Positions 8,890 through 15,575 of a stretch of DNA of 64,000 nucleotides are shown in pieces; position 1 is the stretch's first letter; every line of letters begins with the position of its first letter. Origin of the DNA: an uncultured Eubacteriales bacterium (GTDB taxonomy: Bacteria > Bacillota > Clostridia > Oscillospirales > CAG-272); assembly GCA_934476315.1 (NCBI GenBank), contig CAKSNQ010000005.1:9581-73580 (forward strand). Direction: 5' to 3'. The notes below the pieces were generated by a model. That model made no database searches. It was not told where the DNA came from and saw nothing but the letters and a program-made list of their open reading frames with translations. Made by a program: the position numbers and the translations under genes.

Positions 8890-9037
8890 CAGATTCCAAA
8901 CACATTGGCAAATATCTTTGCAATGCATGGCTTTTTGGGGGTCGCGTACAAAACTCCGCGATACCTGCGCAGACAAGCTCGTAAAACAAACCGAAAAGTT
9001 TTTTTCAAAAAGTCGAGAGTTGTCGATAAATTCGATG

Positions 9038-9066
9038 TTGACAAAAAAGGAAAAATATGTTAAAAT
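9038..9066 (+). promoter_or_regulatory. Sigma-A type promoter TTGACA-N17-TAAAAT reading toward the XRE/ImmA block
   Basis: TTGACA lies at 9038-9043, followed by a 17-nt spacer and TAAAAT at 9061-9066. It is divergent from the promoter at 8861-8889. Confidence 0.6.
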
Positions 9067-9431
9067 TAGAACAGCAAAGCAAAGAAAACGAAACGAAAGG
9101 CAAAAATTCGACCCTGAAAATGAAATCGACATTCCGGATTGCTCCCGTTTTTCAGTATTTCGGCAGCGCGATGACGCGTCAAAAAACCATGTCCGTCTCG
9201 TCCCATCATTTCCGATATTACGAAGAAGAAAACTTTCGCTACGTGAAAGCTGCGGTTGACAGGTATGAAAAAAAGACTGTGCGCAATGGATTCCCGCGCT
9301 CGGGAGTGACTTGGAAGCCAATGCTTTTCATATGCTCAAATCCGGTTGAAGCTGGAATTTTTTCGATGGAAATAGCCGATCGGATCAAAAAAGATTACCC
9401 GAAAATCCGAAAACGAGAAGAATGGAGATAG
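9057..9431 (+). CDS. Hypothetical protein upstream of the XRE gene (start uncertain; may be non-coding leader)
   Basis: The ORF ends with TAG 4 nt before the XRE ATG. There is no convincing SD for any in-frame ATG, the 5' part is AT-rich, and no motif is recognisable. Confidence 0.3.
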   Translation: MLKLEQQSKENETKGKNSTLKMKSTFRIAPVFQYFGSAMTRQKTMSVSSHHFRYYEEENFRYVKAAVDRYEKKTVRNGFPRSGVTWKPMLFICSNPVEAGIFSMEIADRIKKDYPKIRKREEWR

Positions 9432-9435
9432 CCCT

Positions 9436-9807
9436 ATGGGAAAGAATTACTTGCCGTTCGGCGAGTACATAAGGCAAAGACGCGAGAGCTTGAAAATGTC
9501 GATGCGGGATGTCGCCGTGAAAGTGCAGATTTCTCCCGCCTACCTATGTGACATTGAAAAAGGAAACCGCAAGCCTCCCGAAAAGTATCTGGAAAAGTTC
9601 GCGGAGGTTTTGCAGATTGCAGACGCGGACGAGCTGAATGCATTTTATGACAGCGCAGGAGTCAGCCGGAACGGACAGCATACCGACATCAACTCCTACA
9701 TCGAGGGCGTACCGTTTGCACGCATGGCGCTACGAACGGCAAAAGACAACCATTACACCAATGATGACTGGATGAGACTTGTAGAGATCATCAGACAAAA
9801 AAGATAA
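9436..9807 (+). CDS. XRE-family helix-turn-helix transcriptional regulator
   Basis: 123-aa ORF with SD GGAGAT. It has an N-terminal HTH_3 pattern (FGEYIRQRRESLKMSMRDVAVKVQISPAYLCDIEKGNRKP). Confidence 0.85.
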   Translation: MGKNYLPFGEYIRQRRESLKMSMRDVAVKVQISPAYLCDIEKGNRKPPEKYLEKFAEVLQIADADELNAFYDSAGVSRNGQHTDINSYIEGVPFARMALRTAKDNHYTNDDWMRLVEIIRQKR

Positions 9808-9809
9808 AA

Positions 9810-10565
9810 ATGGGGGGATTTCACATGCACTATGCGCAAAAGAGTAACGGTTTGTACGTACTTTACAGAAACGACATTGAGCGGATTGCAGTGGAGATCC
9901 TGAAGAGATACGCCCCGTCAAATCTGTGCGTCCCCAAACCGCTGAATACGACGGATTTTTTGGAAAACTACCTCGGGCTGGTCGTTAAGAATCGGTACAT
10001 TTGCGATTTTGGGTCCGGGATTCTCGGGTTGACGGTGATGGGAGACATCGTGCCGATTCCGTCGTACGATGAATTCCTCCGCCCGGTCATCCTGGAAGAG
10101 ACCTTCGGGACTGTTCTGATCTCGCCGCTCTTACTGAAACGGAACCGACGCCCTCGCCGCCGCTATACGGAAATGCACGAAGCTGCTCATTTTATCCTGC
10201 ACCGCCCGTATTTCGAACGGTGCGAGCGTACCACGGGGGCGGACTCGAAGTGCCCGTGTACGTTCATTGCCTGCCGCAAGGTGGAACGGGATCGGGAGGA
10301 GATCCGAACCGATCTGGACTGGTTGGAATATCAGGCAGACGCGCTTGCCGCGGCGCTTCTGATGCCGCGTGATGCCTTTGCCGCACGCGCGCAGGAGGCT
10401 TTCCGGGAGAACGGAATCCGCGGGCAGTGCATGGTGGTCGGGAAATTCGACAACTGGACCGCGCTCCACCGCGTGATTTATCAGATGGCGGAAACATTCT
10501 TTGTGTCCTATCGTGCAGCCCGGATCAGAATGTATCATTTAGGACTGATTCGCGAATATCAATAA
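9810..10565 (+). CDS. ImmA/IrrE-family (DUF955) zinc metallopeptidase
   Basis: It lies immediately after the XRE gene and carries an HEXXH motif (EMHEAAHFILH) with a downstream E..AD.LAAALLMP. An alternative start at 9825 has SD GGGGGGA. Confidence 0.8.
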   Translation: MGGFHMHYAQKSNGLYVLYRNDIERIAVEILKRYAPSNLCVPKPLNTTDFLENYLGLVVKNRYICDFGSGILGLTVMGDIVPIPSYDEFLRPVILEETFGTVLISPLLLKRNRRPRRRYTEMHEAAHFILHRPYFERCERTTGADSKCPCTFIACRKVERDREEIRTDLDWLEYQADALAAALLMPRDAFAARAQEAFRENGIRGQCMVVGKFDNWTALHRVIYQMAETFFVSYRAARIRMYHLGLIREYQ

Positions 10566-10594
10566 GTGGATCTCCATACTCTCCGCAATACGCG

Positions 10595-10627
10595 CAATAC
10601 GGTGAGCAATACACCGTATTGTTTTTT
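10595..10627 (+). terminator. Rho-independent terminator after the ImmA gene
   Basis: Perfect 10-bp stem CAATACGGTG/CACCGTATTG with a 7-nt loop and a T6 run. Confidence 0.75.
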
Positions 10628-10688
10628 ACCCCGCCTGTTCGCACTTTTGTGAACAGAGATTATCAGGCGAATATCGGAGGAGGGCTAT

Positions 10689-10886
10689 ATGACAAAGTAT
10701 CCGTGTCCTGTTTGCAACAGACGTATTTGCGATTCCGGAAAAAAGCTCTATCTTACCCGTTCCGGTGAGGAAAACGCGAGAACGGCAGACCTTTTTATCA
10801 AGTGCCAGAACTGCAAGAACACCATCGCTGTTGAGGTCATCCGGGGAATCGAATACGGTTCTCCGTGCGAGGAAACGTTTTACTGA
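10689..10886 (+). CDS. Small zinc-ribbon protein (CPxC...CxxC), architecture like the cysteine-rich KTR proteins of clostridial mobile elements
   Basis: 65-aa ORF with SD GGAGGAGGG. It has two CxxC pairs (CPVC, CQNC) about 30 aa apart. The KTR motif itself is not present. Confidence 0.55.
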   Translation: MTKYPCPVCNRRICDSGKKLYLTRSGEENARTADLFIKCQNCKNTIAVEVIRGIEYGSPCEETFY

Positions 10887-10935
10887 TTTACATTTCAAAA
10901 TTGAACCTTGTACATAGCACGATGTTTGAACATAC

Positions 10936-10983
10936 GAGCATGACAAGTAGCGTCAGAGCTATTTGTCATGCTCATTTATTTTT
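10936..10983 (+). terminator. Rho-independent terminator after the zinc-ribbon gene
   Basis: Perfect 11-bp stem GAGCATGACAA/TTGTCATGCTC followed by ATTTATTTTT. Confidence 0.7.
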
Positions 10984-11004
10984 GCGGAAAGGAGGGGGAG
11001 TGCG

Positions 11005-11343
11005 ATGGGAACTGCCGAGCGGAGACTGGAAATATACAAATATCTGTGTCTTGTCAGAAAAGCGACCATGCCTCAGCTTGCGAAGAAGTTCGGCGTTTCC
11101 GTCAGAACGATCCAGCGGGATATTTTTGAGATCGAGGCAACGTTCCGCGTCCCCCTCGAGGTGAAAACAGGGAAATACGGGGGAATCAGTGTGTTCGGTG
11201 ACTACACGCTGGACCGCGCGTATATGTGCGAGGAGGAGCTGCAGTTGCTGTGCAAGGTGCAGGCACTGGTCAAGGGGCAGGTGAGCGAGCAGGAAAACGC
11301 GCTTCTCTGCGGGCTGATTAAAAAATATTCAAAAAGTGCGTAA
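11005..11343 (+). CDS. Small HTH-domain protein (DeoR/HTH_11-like N-terminal winged helix)
   Basis: Start is taken at MGTAERRL, which has SD AAGGAGGGGG. The pattern RRLEIYKYL....ATMPQLAKKFGVSVRTIQRDI is typical of HTH_11. Confidence 0.7.
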   Translation: MGTAERRLEIYKYLCLVRKATMPQLAKKFGVSVRTIQRDIFEIEATFRVPLEVKTGKYGGISVFGDYTLDRAYMCEEELQLLCKVQALVKGQVSEQENALLCGLIKKYSKSA

Positions 11344-11434
11344 AATATTTTATCGGTGACAGTCGTTGACGGCGTTAAAATTTATAATGCAGGTACAGCC
11401 GAGCTGAAAACAAACAAAGAAAGGAGAAAATCTC

Positions 11435-11737
11435 ATGGAAGATGTAAGAAAAGACCTACAGGTTGTTCTGGAGCGTCACGAACAGCAACTTCTGACGCTT
11501 GAGCGCGACATTTCGGATCTGAGGGCGGTGCAGGCGGAGATTCGTTCGATGAACGAGACCCTCGTCACCCTGGCGACCGAAATGAAGCATACAAACGAGC
11601 ACCTGGCGCGTCACGAGCAGAAGATTGAAGCCATAGAAGCCGCCCCCCGCGCGCGGATGCAGCAGATTGCAACCGCGATCTTTGCCGCCCTCGCCGGAGG
11701 AATTATTTCTGCCGCGATTGGCATGATTTTTGCATGA
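11435..11737 (+). CDS. XhlA-like protein (phage lysis-cassette coiled-coil protein with a C-terminal TM helix)
   Basis: 100-aa ORF with SD AAAGGAG. It has an N-terminal heptad-like coiled coil and a C-terminal hydrophobic helix (IATAIFAALAGGIISAAIGMIFA). It sits directly before a holin. Confidence 0.6.
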   Translation: MEDVRKDLQVVLERHEQQLLTLERDISDLRAVQAEIRSMNETLVTLATEMKHTNEHLARHEQKIEAIEAAPRARMQQIATAIFAALAGGIISAAIGMIFA

Positions 11738-11751
11738 GGAGGGATGAAACC

Positions 11752-12042
11752 ATGAATTTTGAACAGTATATCAAGCCGGAGCTTCTCATTTTGATCCCGG
11801 TGCTGTATGTCATCGGAATCGGTCTGAAAAAAAGCAAGCTCCCCGACACGCTCATTCCTCTGATTTTGGGCGGGATTTCCATCGCCCTGTCGGCGTTTTG
11901 GGTGATCGCGACCAGCGGCATTTCTACGGCTGGTGACGTTACCTACGCGATGTTCGTGTCGGTCACGCAGGGTGTTCTTGCCGCAGGAGCCAGCGTCTAT
12001 ATCAATCAACTGTACGTCCAATCCAAAAAGAAGAAAAAGTAA
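11752..12042 (+). CDS. Phage holin family protein (Hol44/LL-H-like)
   Basis: 96 aa with SD GAGGAGGG overlapping the XhlA stop. The N-terminus is MNFEQYIKPELLILIPVLYVIGIGLKKSK. It has 2-3 TM helices and a lysine-rich C-terminal tail (QSKKKKK). Confidence 0.7.
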   Translation: MNFEQYIKPELLILIPVLYVIGIGLKKSKLPDTLIPLILGGISIALSAFWVIATSGISTAGDVTYAMFVSVTQGVLAAGASVYINQLYVQSKKKKK

Positions 12043-12056
12043 AGGGGAAGACCAAG

Positions 12057-13148
12057 ATGTTGCACCTGATTTTTATCACCATCGGCGTGATTTATAACGG
12101 AATCAGCCTGTGGTTTATTCGGATGTTTTTCAAGGAGCGGGACGGGGTCACATGGAAAAATTATCTGAAGTGCTTTGTTGGTGCTCCTGTGGGGTGCGCG
12201 GCATCCCTGTTGCTTTTCCCGATCAAAACCCCGAACCTCCTGTTATTTACGGTGATGGGAGGTCTGCTCGGGGAGCTGGGCATTCTGTTCACCCTTGCCG
12301 TAAAGCAAGCCGGCGAAAAAAATCCCGCGGGGCGATACAGCGACAGCACTCCCGACGCGCGATTTTTCATCACGGGGGACAAGCACCGTCGGTTTGCGGA
12401 GGTGAAAAAGTTCTGCCGTGTGATGGACACGAAAAGAAGCGACGTATTGATTGTCCTCGGAGACACCGGGTTCAATTACTACGGCGACAAGCGGGACGAC
12501 AAGCTCAAAAGGGAAATATCCGCTCTGGCTATCACGCTCTTTTGCCTCCACGGAAACAAGGAAAACCGCCCTCAGAATGTGGGGAGCTACGGAATCCGGG
12601 ACTTCTGCGGCGGAAAGGTCTACTATGAGCCACGGTATCCAAATCTGTATTTTGCCATGGACGGTGAAATTTACACCTTTGAAGGCAGAAAGTACATGGT
12701 TGTCGGCGGGGCGCACAGCGTGGATAAAATGCGGAGTCTTGAGGAAGGGAAGCCTTTTTGGGAGGACGAAATGCCGGACGGGGAGGTCAGACGGACAGTT
12801 GAGAACAGATTGCAAAAAGAGGAAAACAAAATCTACGGAATGTTGACGCACACCTGTCCGATCCGTTGTCTCCCGACGGAAATGTTTGTCTCAACGCGGC
12901 AAAGCGCGAATCTCCGGAACCATCCCCGCCGGGTGGCGACCATGAAAAAATCAAAAAAGTTTATCAAGCCGGATATCGACCGTTCCACGGAAATATGGCT
13001 TGGCGAGCTGGAACAAAAGCTCGAATACGAGGCTTGGTTCTGCGGTCATTACCACATTGACAAGCGCCTTGGCAAGGTCAGGATGATGTATCATGACATC
13101 CGCCCGCTACACACACCGCCCCCGGAGGATACGCCATGCCCGACCTGA
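12057..13148 (+). CDS. Membrane-anchored metallophosphoesterase (three N-terminal TM helices plus a calcineurin-like phosphoesterase domain)
   Basis: 363 aa with SD AAGGGGAAG. The first ~85 aa are hydrophobic. They are followed by the motifs GDKH, LGDTG, HGNKE (Lys in place of the usual His), GGAHS and CGHYH. Confidence 0.7.
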   Translation: MLHLIFITIGVIYNGISLWFIRMFFKERDGVTWKNYLKCFVGAPVGCAASLLLFPIKTPNLLLFTVMGGLLGELGILFTLAVKQAGEKNPAGRYSDSTPDARFFITGDKHRRFAEVKKFCRVMDTKRSDVLIVLGDTGFNYYGDKRDDKLKREISALAITLFCLHGNKENRPQNVGSYGIRDFCGGKVYYEPRYPNLYFAMDGEIYTFEGRKYMVVGGAHSVDKMRSLEEGKPFWEDEMPDGEVRRTVENRLQKEENKIYGMLTHTCPIRCLPTEMFVSTRQSANLRNHPRRVATMKKSKKFIKPDIDRSTEIWLGELEQKLEYEAWFCGHYHIDKRLGKVRMMYHDIRPLHTPPPEDTPCPT

Positions 13149-14251
13149 AGGTGCTCCTGTCACCCCTGCCGCTTTTCTTCCTGATTGTGATCGCGGGACT
13201 TGCCATCGGGAAAATACGGATTTATCACGTCTCGCTTGGAATTGCCGGTATTCTGTTTGCGGCAATTTTTGCCGGTTTTCTCATGAACCGATGGATTTCC
13301 GGAGCGCACATTCAAATATTACAGAGCGTGCAGGGAACAATGAACACATTGTCAAAGCTCGGCTCGTCCCTGTTCGTCTCTGTCATTGGATTGCAAACCG
13401 GGTTCTCCGTCAGAAACCGCTCCGGTGAGTCGCTTGCTTCCCTGGGGGTAGGCGCCGCGATGAGCACCGCGGGGGTACTTCTTGAGAGGCTGATTTCAGC
13501 GCTGGACCCGACGATCCGTGAGCCGATGCTCCTCGGCGTCCTCTGCGGCGCTCTGACGAGTACACCGGGATTGTCGAGCGTATGCGAATTGATTGACGGG
13601 CAAAGCGGGGAAGCGGTCTGGGGTTATGGGTGTTCCTATTTTTGCGGTGTTTTGTTTGCGGTGATCTTTGCCCGCGCACTGGGCGGGCGGCAAGCCGGGG
13701 AACAGCCGAAAAAGAAAACACCCGCAACGGAAAGCAAAATCCATCCGGAATGGATTCTTGTCAGCCTTCCGGCACTGCTGGGCGGGATTCTTGGCGAGAC
13801 TCGTGTGCCGATTCTGAATTTTTCACTCGGAAGCACCACGTGCACCTTACTCGCCGGGCTGGTGGTCGGCTGTGTTGCCGATCGTAAACAAAACGCACCC
13901 CGGTACTCCCGACAGGTGCTGAATGTGTTCAGAAATATAGGACTGGCGTTTTTCTTCGCGGGAACCGGGTACACCACGGGAACGCAGGCGGTCAACATCT
14001 GGGGCAAAGCCGTGATTTATGGGGCGTCGATCACCTTGACCGCGATTTTGTGCGGCATACTCCTGTGCCGCCTTGCGGCTTCAAGATTCCGCCTACGCCC
14101 CGGATTTGTCATCGCCGGCGGAATGACGAGTAGTCCCGCATACGGAGCAATCGGCACGGGTGACGACGAGGCTTGCGTGAATCATTTTTCATTTGCCTAT
14201 TTTGGCGCCATGCTTGCGCTGATGGTTGCGATTCAGATTATTGGCAGATAA
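13136..14251 (+). CDS. AAE-family (Asp-Al_Ex / YidE-YbjL-like) permease without TrkA-C domains
   Basis: 371 aa with SD GGAGGA. The start lies 13 nt inside the preceding gene. It is polytopic, with a duplicated G..T(S)TP.L signature (GALTSTPGLSS, GGMTSSPAYGA). Confidence 0.7.
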   Translation: MPDLKVLLSPLPLFFLIVIAGLAIGKIRIYHVSLGIAGILFAAIFAGFLMNRWISGAHIQILQSVQGTMNTLSKLGSSLFVSVIGLQTGFSVRNRSGESLASLGVGAAMSTAGVLLERLISALDPTIREPMLLGVLCGALTSTPGLSSVCELIDGQSGEAVWGYGCSYFCGVLFAVIFARALGGRQAGEQPKKKTPATESKIHPEWILVSLPALLGGILGETRVPILNFSLGSTTCTLLAGLVVGCVADRKQNAPRYSRQVLNVFRNIGLAFFFAGTGYTTGTQAVNIWGKAVIYGASITLTAILCGILLCRLAASRFRLRPGFVIAGGMTSSPAYGAIGTGDDEACVNHFSFAYFGAMLALMVAIQIIGR

Positions 14252-14306
14252 TTACATTCACTCACAAAAGCACCGCATAGGATCTCGTTCACCGCGGGAG
14301 AAAAAA

Positions 14307-14333
14307 AGCACTTGCAACGCAAGTGCTTTTTTT
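14307..14333. terminator. Bidirectional rho-independent terminator shared by the permease gene (+) and tRNA-Tyr (-)
   Basis: 9-bp stem AGCACTTGC/GCAAGTGCT with an A7 run on one side and a T6 run on the other. Confidence 0.8.
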
Positions 14334-14417
14334 GGTGGGAGCGGGTGGATTCGGACCACCGAAGTCAGAGACAACAGATTTACAGTCTGCCCCCTTTGGC
14401 CACTCGGGAACGCTCCC
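14333..14417 (-). tRNA. tRNA-Tyr (anticodon GTA), class II with long variable arm and encoded CCA
   Basis: Manual cloverleaf: acceptor GGGAGCG/CGCTCCC, anticodon stem GCAGA/TCTGT, loop CTGTAAA, variable stem GTC/GAC, T stem GGTGG/CCACC. The T-loop reads TCCGAAT rather than TTCGAAT. Confidence 0.9.
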
Positions 14418-14445
14418 ATATTGCGTTTGACCCGCAACAGACGGT

Positions 14446-14474
14446 ATTATATCAAAACAAATCGGATTTGTCAA
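14446..14474 (-). promoter_or_regulatory. Sigma-A promoter, exact consensus TTGACA-N17-TATAAT, for tRNA-Tyr
   Basis: Minus-strand TTGACA lies at 14474-14469, followed by a 17-nt spacer and TATAAT at 14451-14446, about 28 nt upstream of the tRNA 5' end. Confidence 0.75.
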
Positions 14475-14594
14475 GCCCTTTTTTCAATATTCTGCATTTA
14501 TTCGAGAAAATTTTCCGCTTTCTGCGCAAAACCGTGGACATTCGGGCGGAAATGTGGTAAAATGTTGACGGATAAATTTCAGGAGGACTTGTTT

Positions 14595-15431
14595 ATGTCA
14601 AGAATTTTGCTCATGTCGGATATACATTACTGCGAGCCGGTTTGGTACGGCGTACCATCGGAGACGCGTATGAAGCATATGGTGGAGGCGCTCCGGGGCG
14701 AATATGAAAGGGAACCGTTCGACCTGTTGCTTCTGCTCGGGGATTATTCGCTGGATTTTTGGGTGTACCCACCGTACGGCTCGGTTCTGAATCGCGGAAT
14801 TTCCTTTACCGAGAAGTTCATCCAGGAAGTCTACCCGCTCCTGCCGCCCTGCCCGAAATTCATGATTCCCGGAAACCACGAGCAGTACGGAGAGGAAAAC
14901 TGGCGTCGACTGACCGGCTTTTCCCGGCGCACAACGGTTCCGTACGGACGGAATCTGTTTATTCTTCTCGATAATTTTGCCGCCGATCTTGACCCGACCG
15001 TGAACAGCGACGGGACATATACCCCAGCGGATGTTGCGTATATCCGGGAGCAGATGGCGGCGCACCCCTCCGACCACGTCTTTCTCTGCGCGCACGAATT
15101 CATTCCGGAGGAGGAGAGCGAGGAGTTCAAGACACTTGTCCGTGAGGACGACCGTATCGTTGCGCTGTTTGCCGGGCATACTCACCTCTCGAAGCCGATC
15201 CCGCTCGGCGAGGCGTTCGGCAACAAATACCTGATCCGCGACGGACAATTCTCGTACTCCAAGGACCTGCCGAACAGCTGTTGGGGATGGCGGGAGATTC
15301 GGTTTGAGCCGAACGGACGCGTGACCACGGCATACATCACGCCGGACAGCGATCTGATTCCCGGAGGAAAGCCCATGCACCATACGGGTGGCAAGCAGGA
15401 CGCAATGGTGCTGGTGGAGGCGAACGGCTGA
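14595..15431 (+). CDS. Metallophosphoesterase (cytoplasmic, calcineurin-like)
   Basis: Start is at MSRILLMSDIHY with SD AGGAGG 8 nt upstream. Motifs are DIHY, LLGDY, GNHE and GHTH. The longer annotated ORF (from 14226) would run through the tRNA. Confidence 0.85.
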   Translation: MSRILLMSDIHYCEPVWYGVPSETRMKHMVEALRGEYEREPFDLLLLLGDYSLDFWVYPPYGSVLNRGISFTEKFIQEVYPLLPPCPKFMIPGNHEQYGEENWRRLTGFSRRTTVPYGRNLFILLDNFAADLDPTVNSDGTYTPADVAYIREQMAAHPSDHVFLCAHEFIPEEESEEFKTLVREDDRIVALFAGHTHLSKPIPLGEAFGNKYLIRDGQFSYSKDLPNSCWGWREIRFEPNGRVTTAYITPDSDLIPGGKPMHHTGGKQDAMVLVEANG

Positions 15432-15439
15432 CACAGCCC

Positions 15440-15488
15440 GATAGCCGATGGACGATAGAAGATAGACGCTAGACGGGCAAACGTCGAC
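15440..15488. repeat. Degenerate tandem heptanucleotide array (5-7 units)
   Basis: GATAGCC GATGGAC GATAGAA GATAGAC GCTAGAC GGGCAAA CGTCGAC, starting 9 nt after the stop codon at 15429-15431. Confidence 0.7.
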
Positions 15489-15504
15489 CATATACAGACA
15501 GAAT

Positions 15505-15538
15505 ACTGGGGTATCGCGCAGTCGCGCGATACCCCAGT
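15505..15538. terminator. Strong hairpin terminator between convergent genes
   Basis: Perfect 15-bp stem ACTGGGGTATCGCGC/GCGCGATACCCCAGT with a 4-nt loop, followed by GTGTTTTT on the plus strand. Confidence 0.8.
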
Positions 15539-15575
15539 GTGTTTTTATCAGCGGCAAAATGTTTGCTGTTTTCTA

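Noticed and set aside
8683-9321. 212-aa minus-strand ORF across the AT-rich hub
   Set aside because: It spans two divergent promoters and AT-rich sequence and has no SD at its start. The protein is low-complexity. Only its last 35 codons, which have their own SD, were kept as a low-confidence leader ORF.
10427-10768. 113-aa plus-strand ORF bridging the ImmA gene end, its terminator and the zinc-ribbon gene start
   Set aside because: It lies in a different frame from both well-supported genes and reads through a strong terminator hairpin. Its composition is implausible.
2063-14474. Integrated prophage or genomic island at tRNA-Tyr with att repeats
   Set aside because: There is no integrase, recombinase, terminase, capsid or tail gene. 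By eye I found no direct repeat of the tRNA 3' half within the block. It was reported only as an accessory-looking region bounded by the tRNA. A computed repeat search is needed.
14226-14594. N-terminal extension of the 14226-15431 ORF (401 aa)
   Set aside because: The extension would read through the bidirectional terminator, the tRNA-Tyr gene and its promoter. A strong AGGAGG SD precedes the internal ATG at 14595, where the phosphoesterase DIHY motif begins.
15440-15538. HutP-type antitermination at the UAG-N4-UAG array
   Set aside because: The periodicity matches. However, the gene beyond the terminator is convergent, so nothing lies downstream to antiterminate. No hutP or hut genes are in the window. 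The paralogous array at 33221 lacks UAG. It was kept only as a periodic repeat of unknown role.
14598-15557. 319-aa ORF antisense to the 14595-15431 metallophosphoesterase
   Set aside because: This is a shadow ORF. It runs through the terminator hairpin and the heptamer array, and the sense strand has all phosphoesterase motifs.
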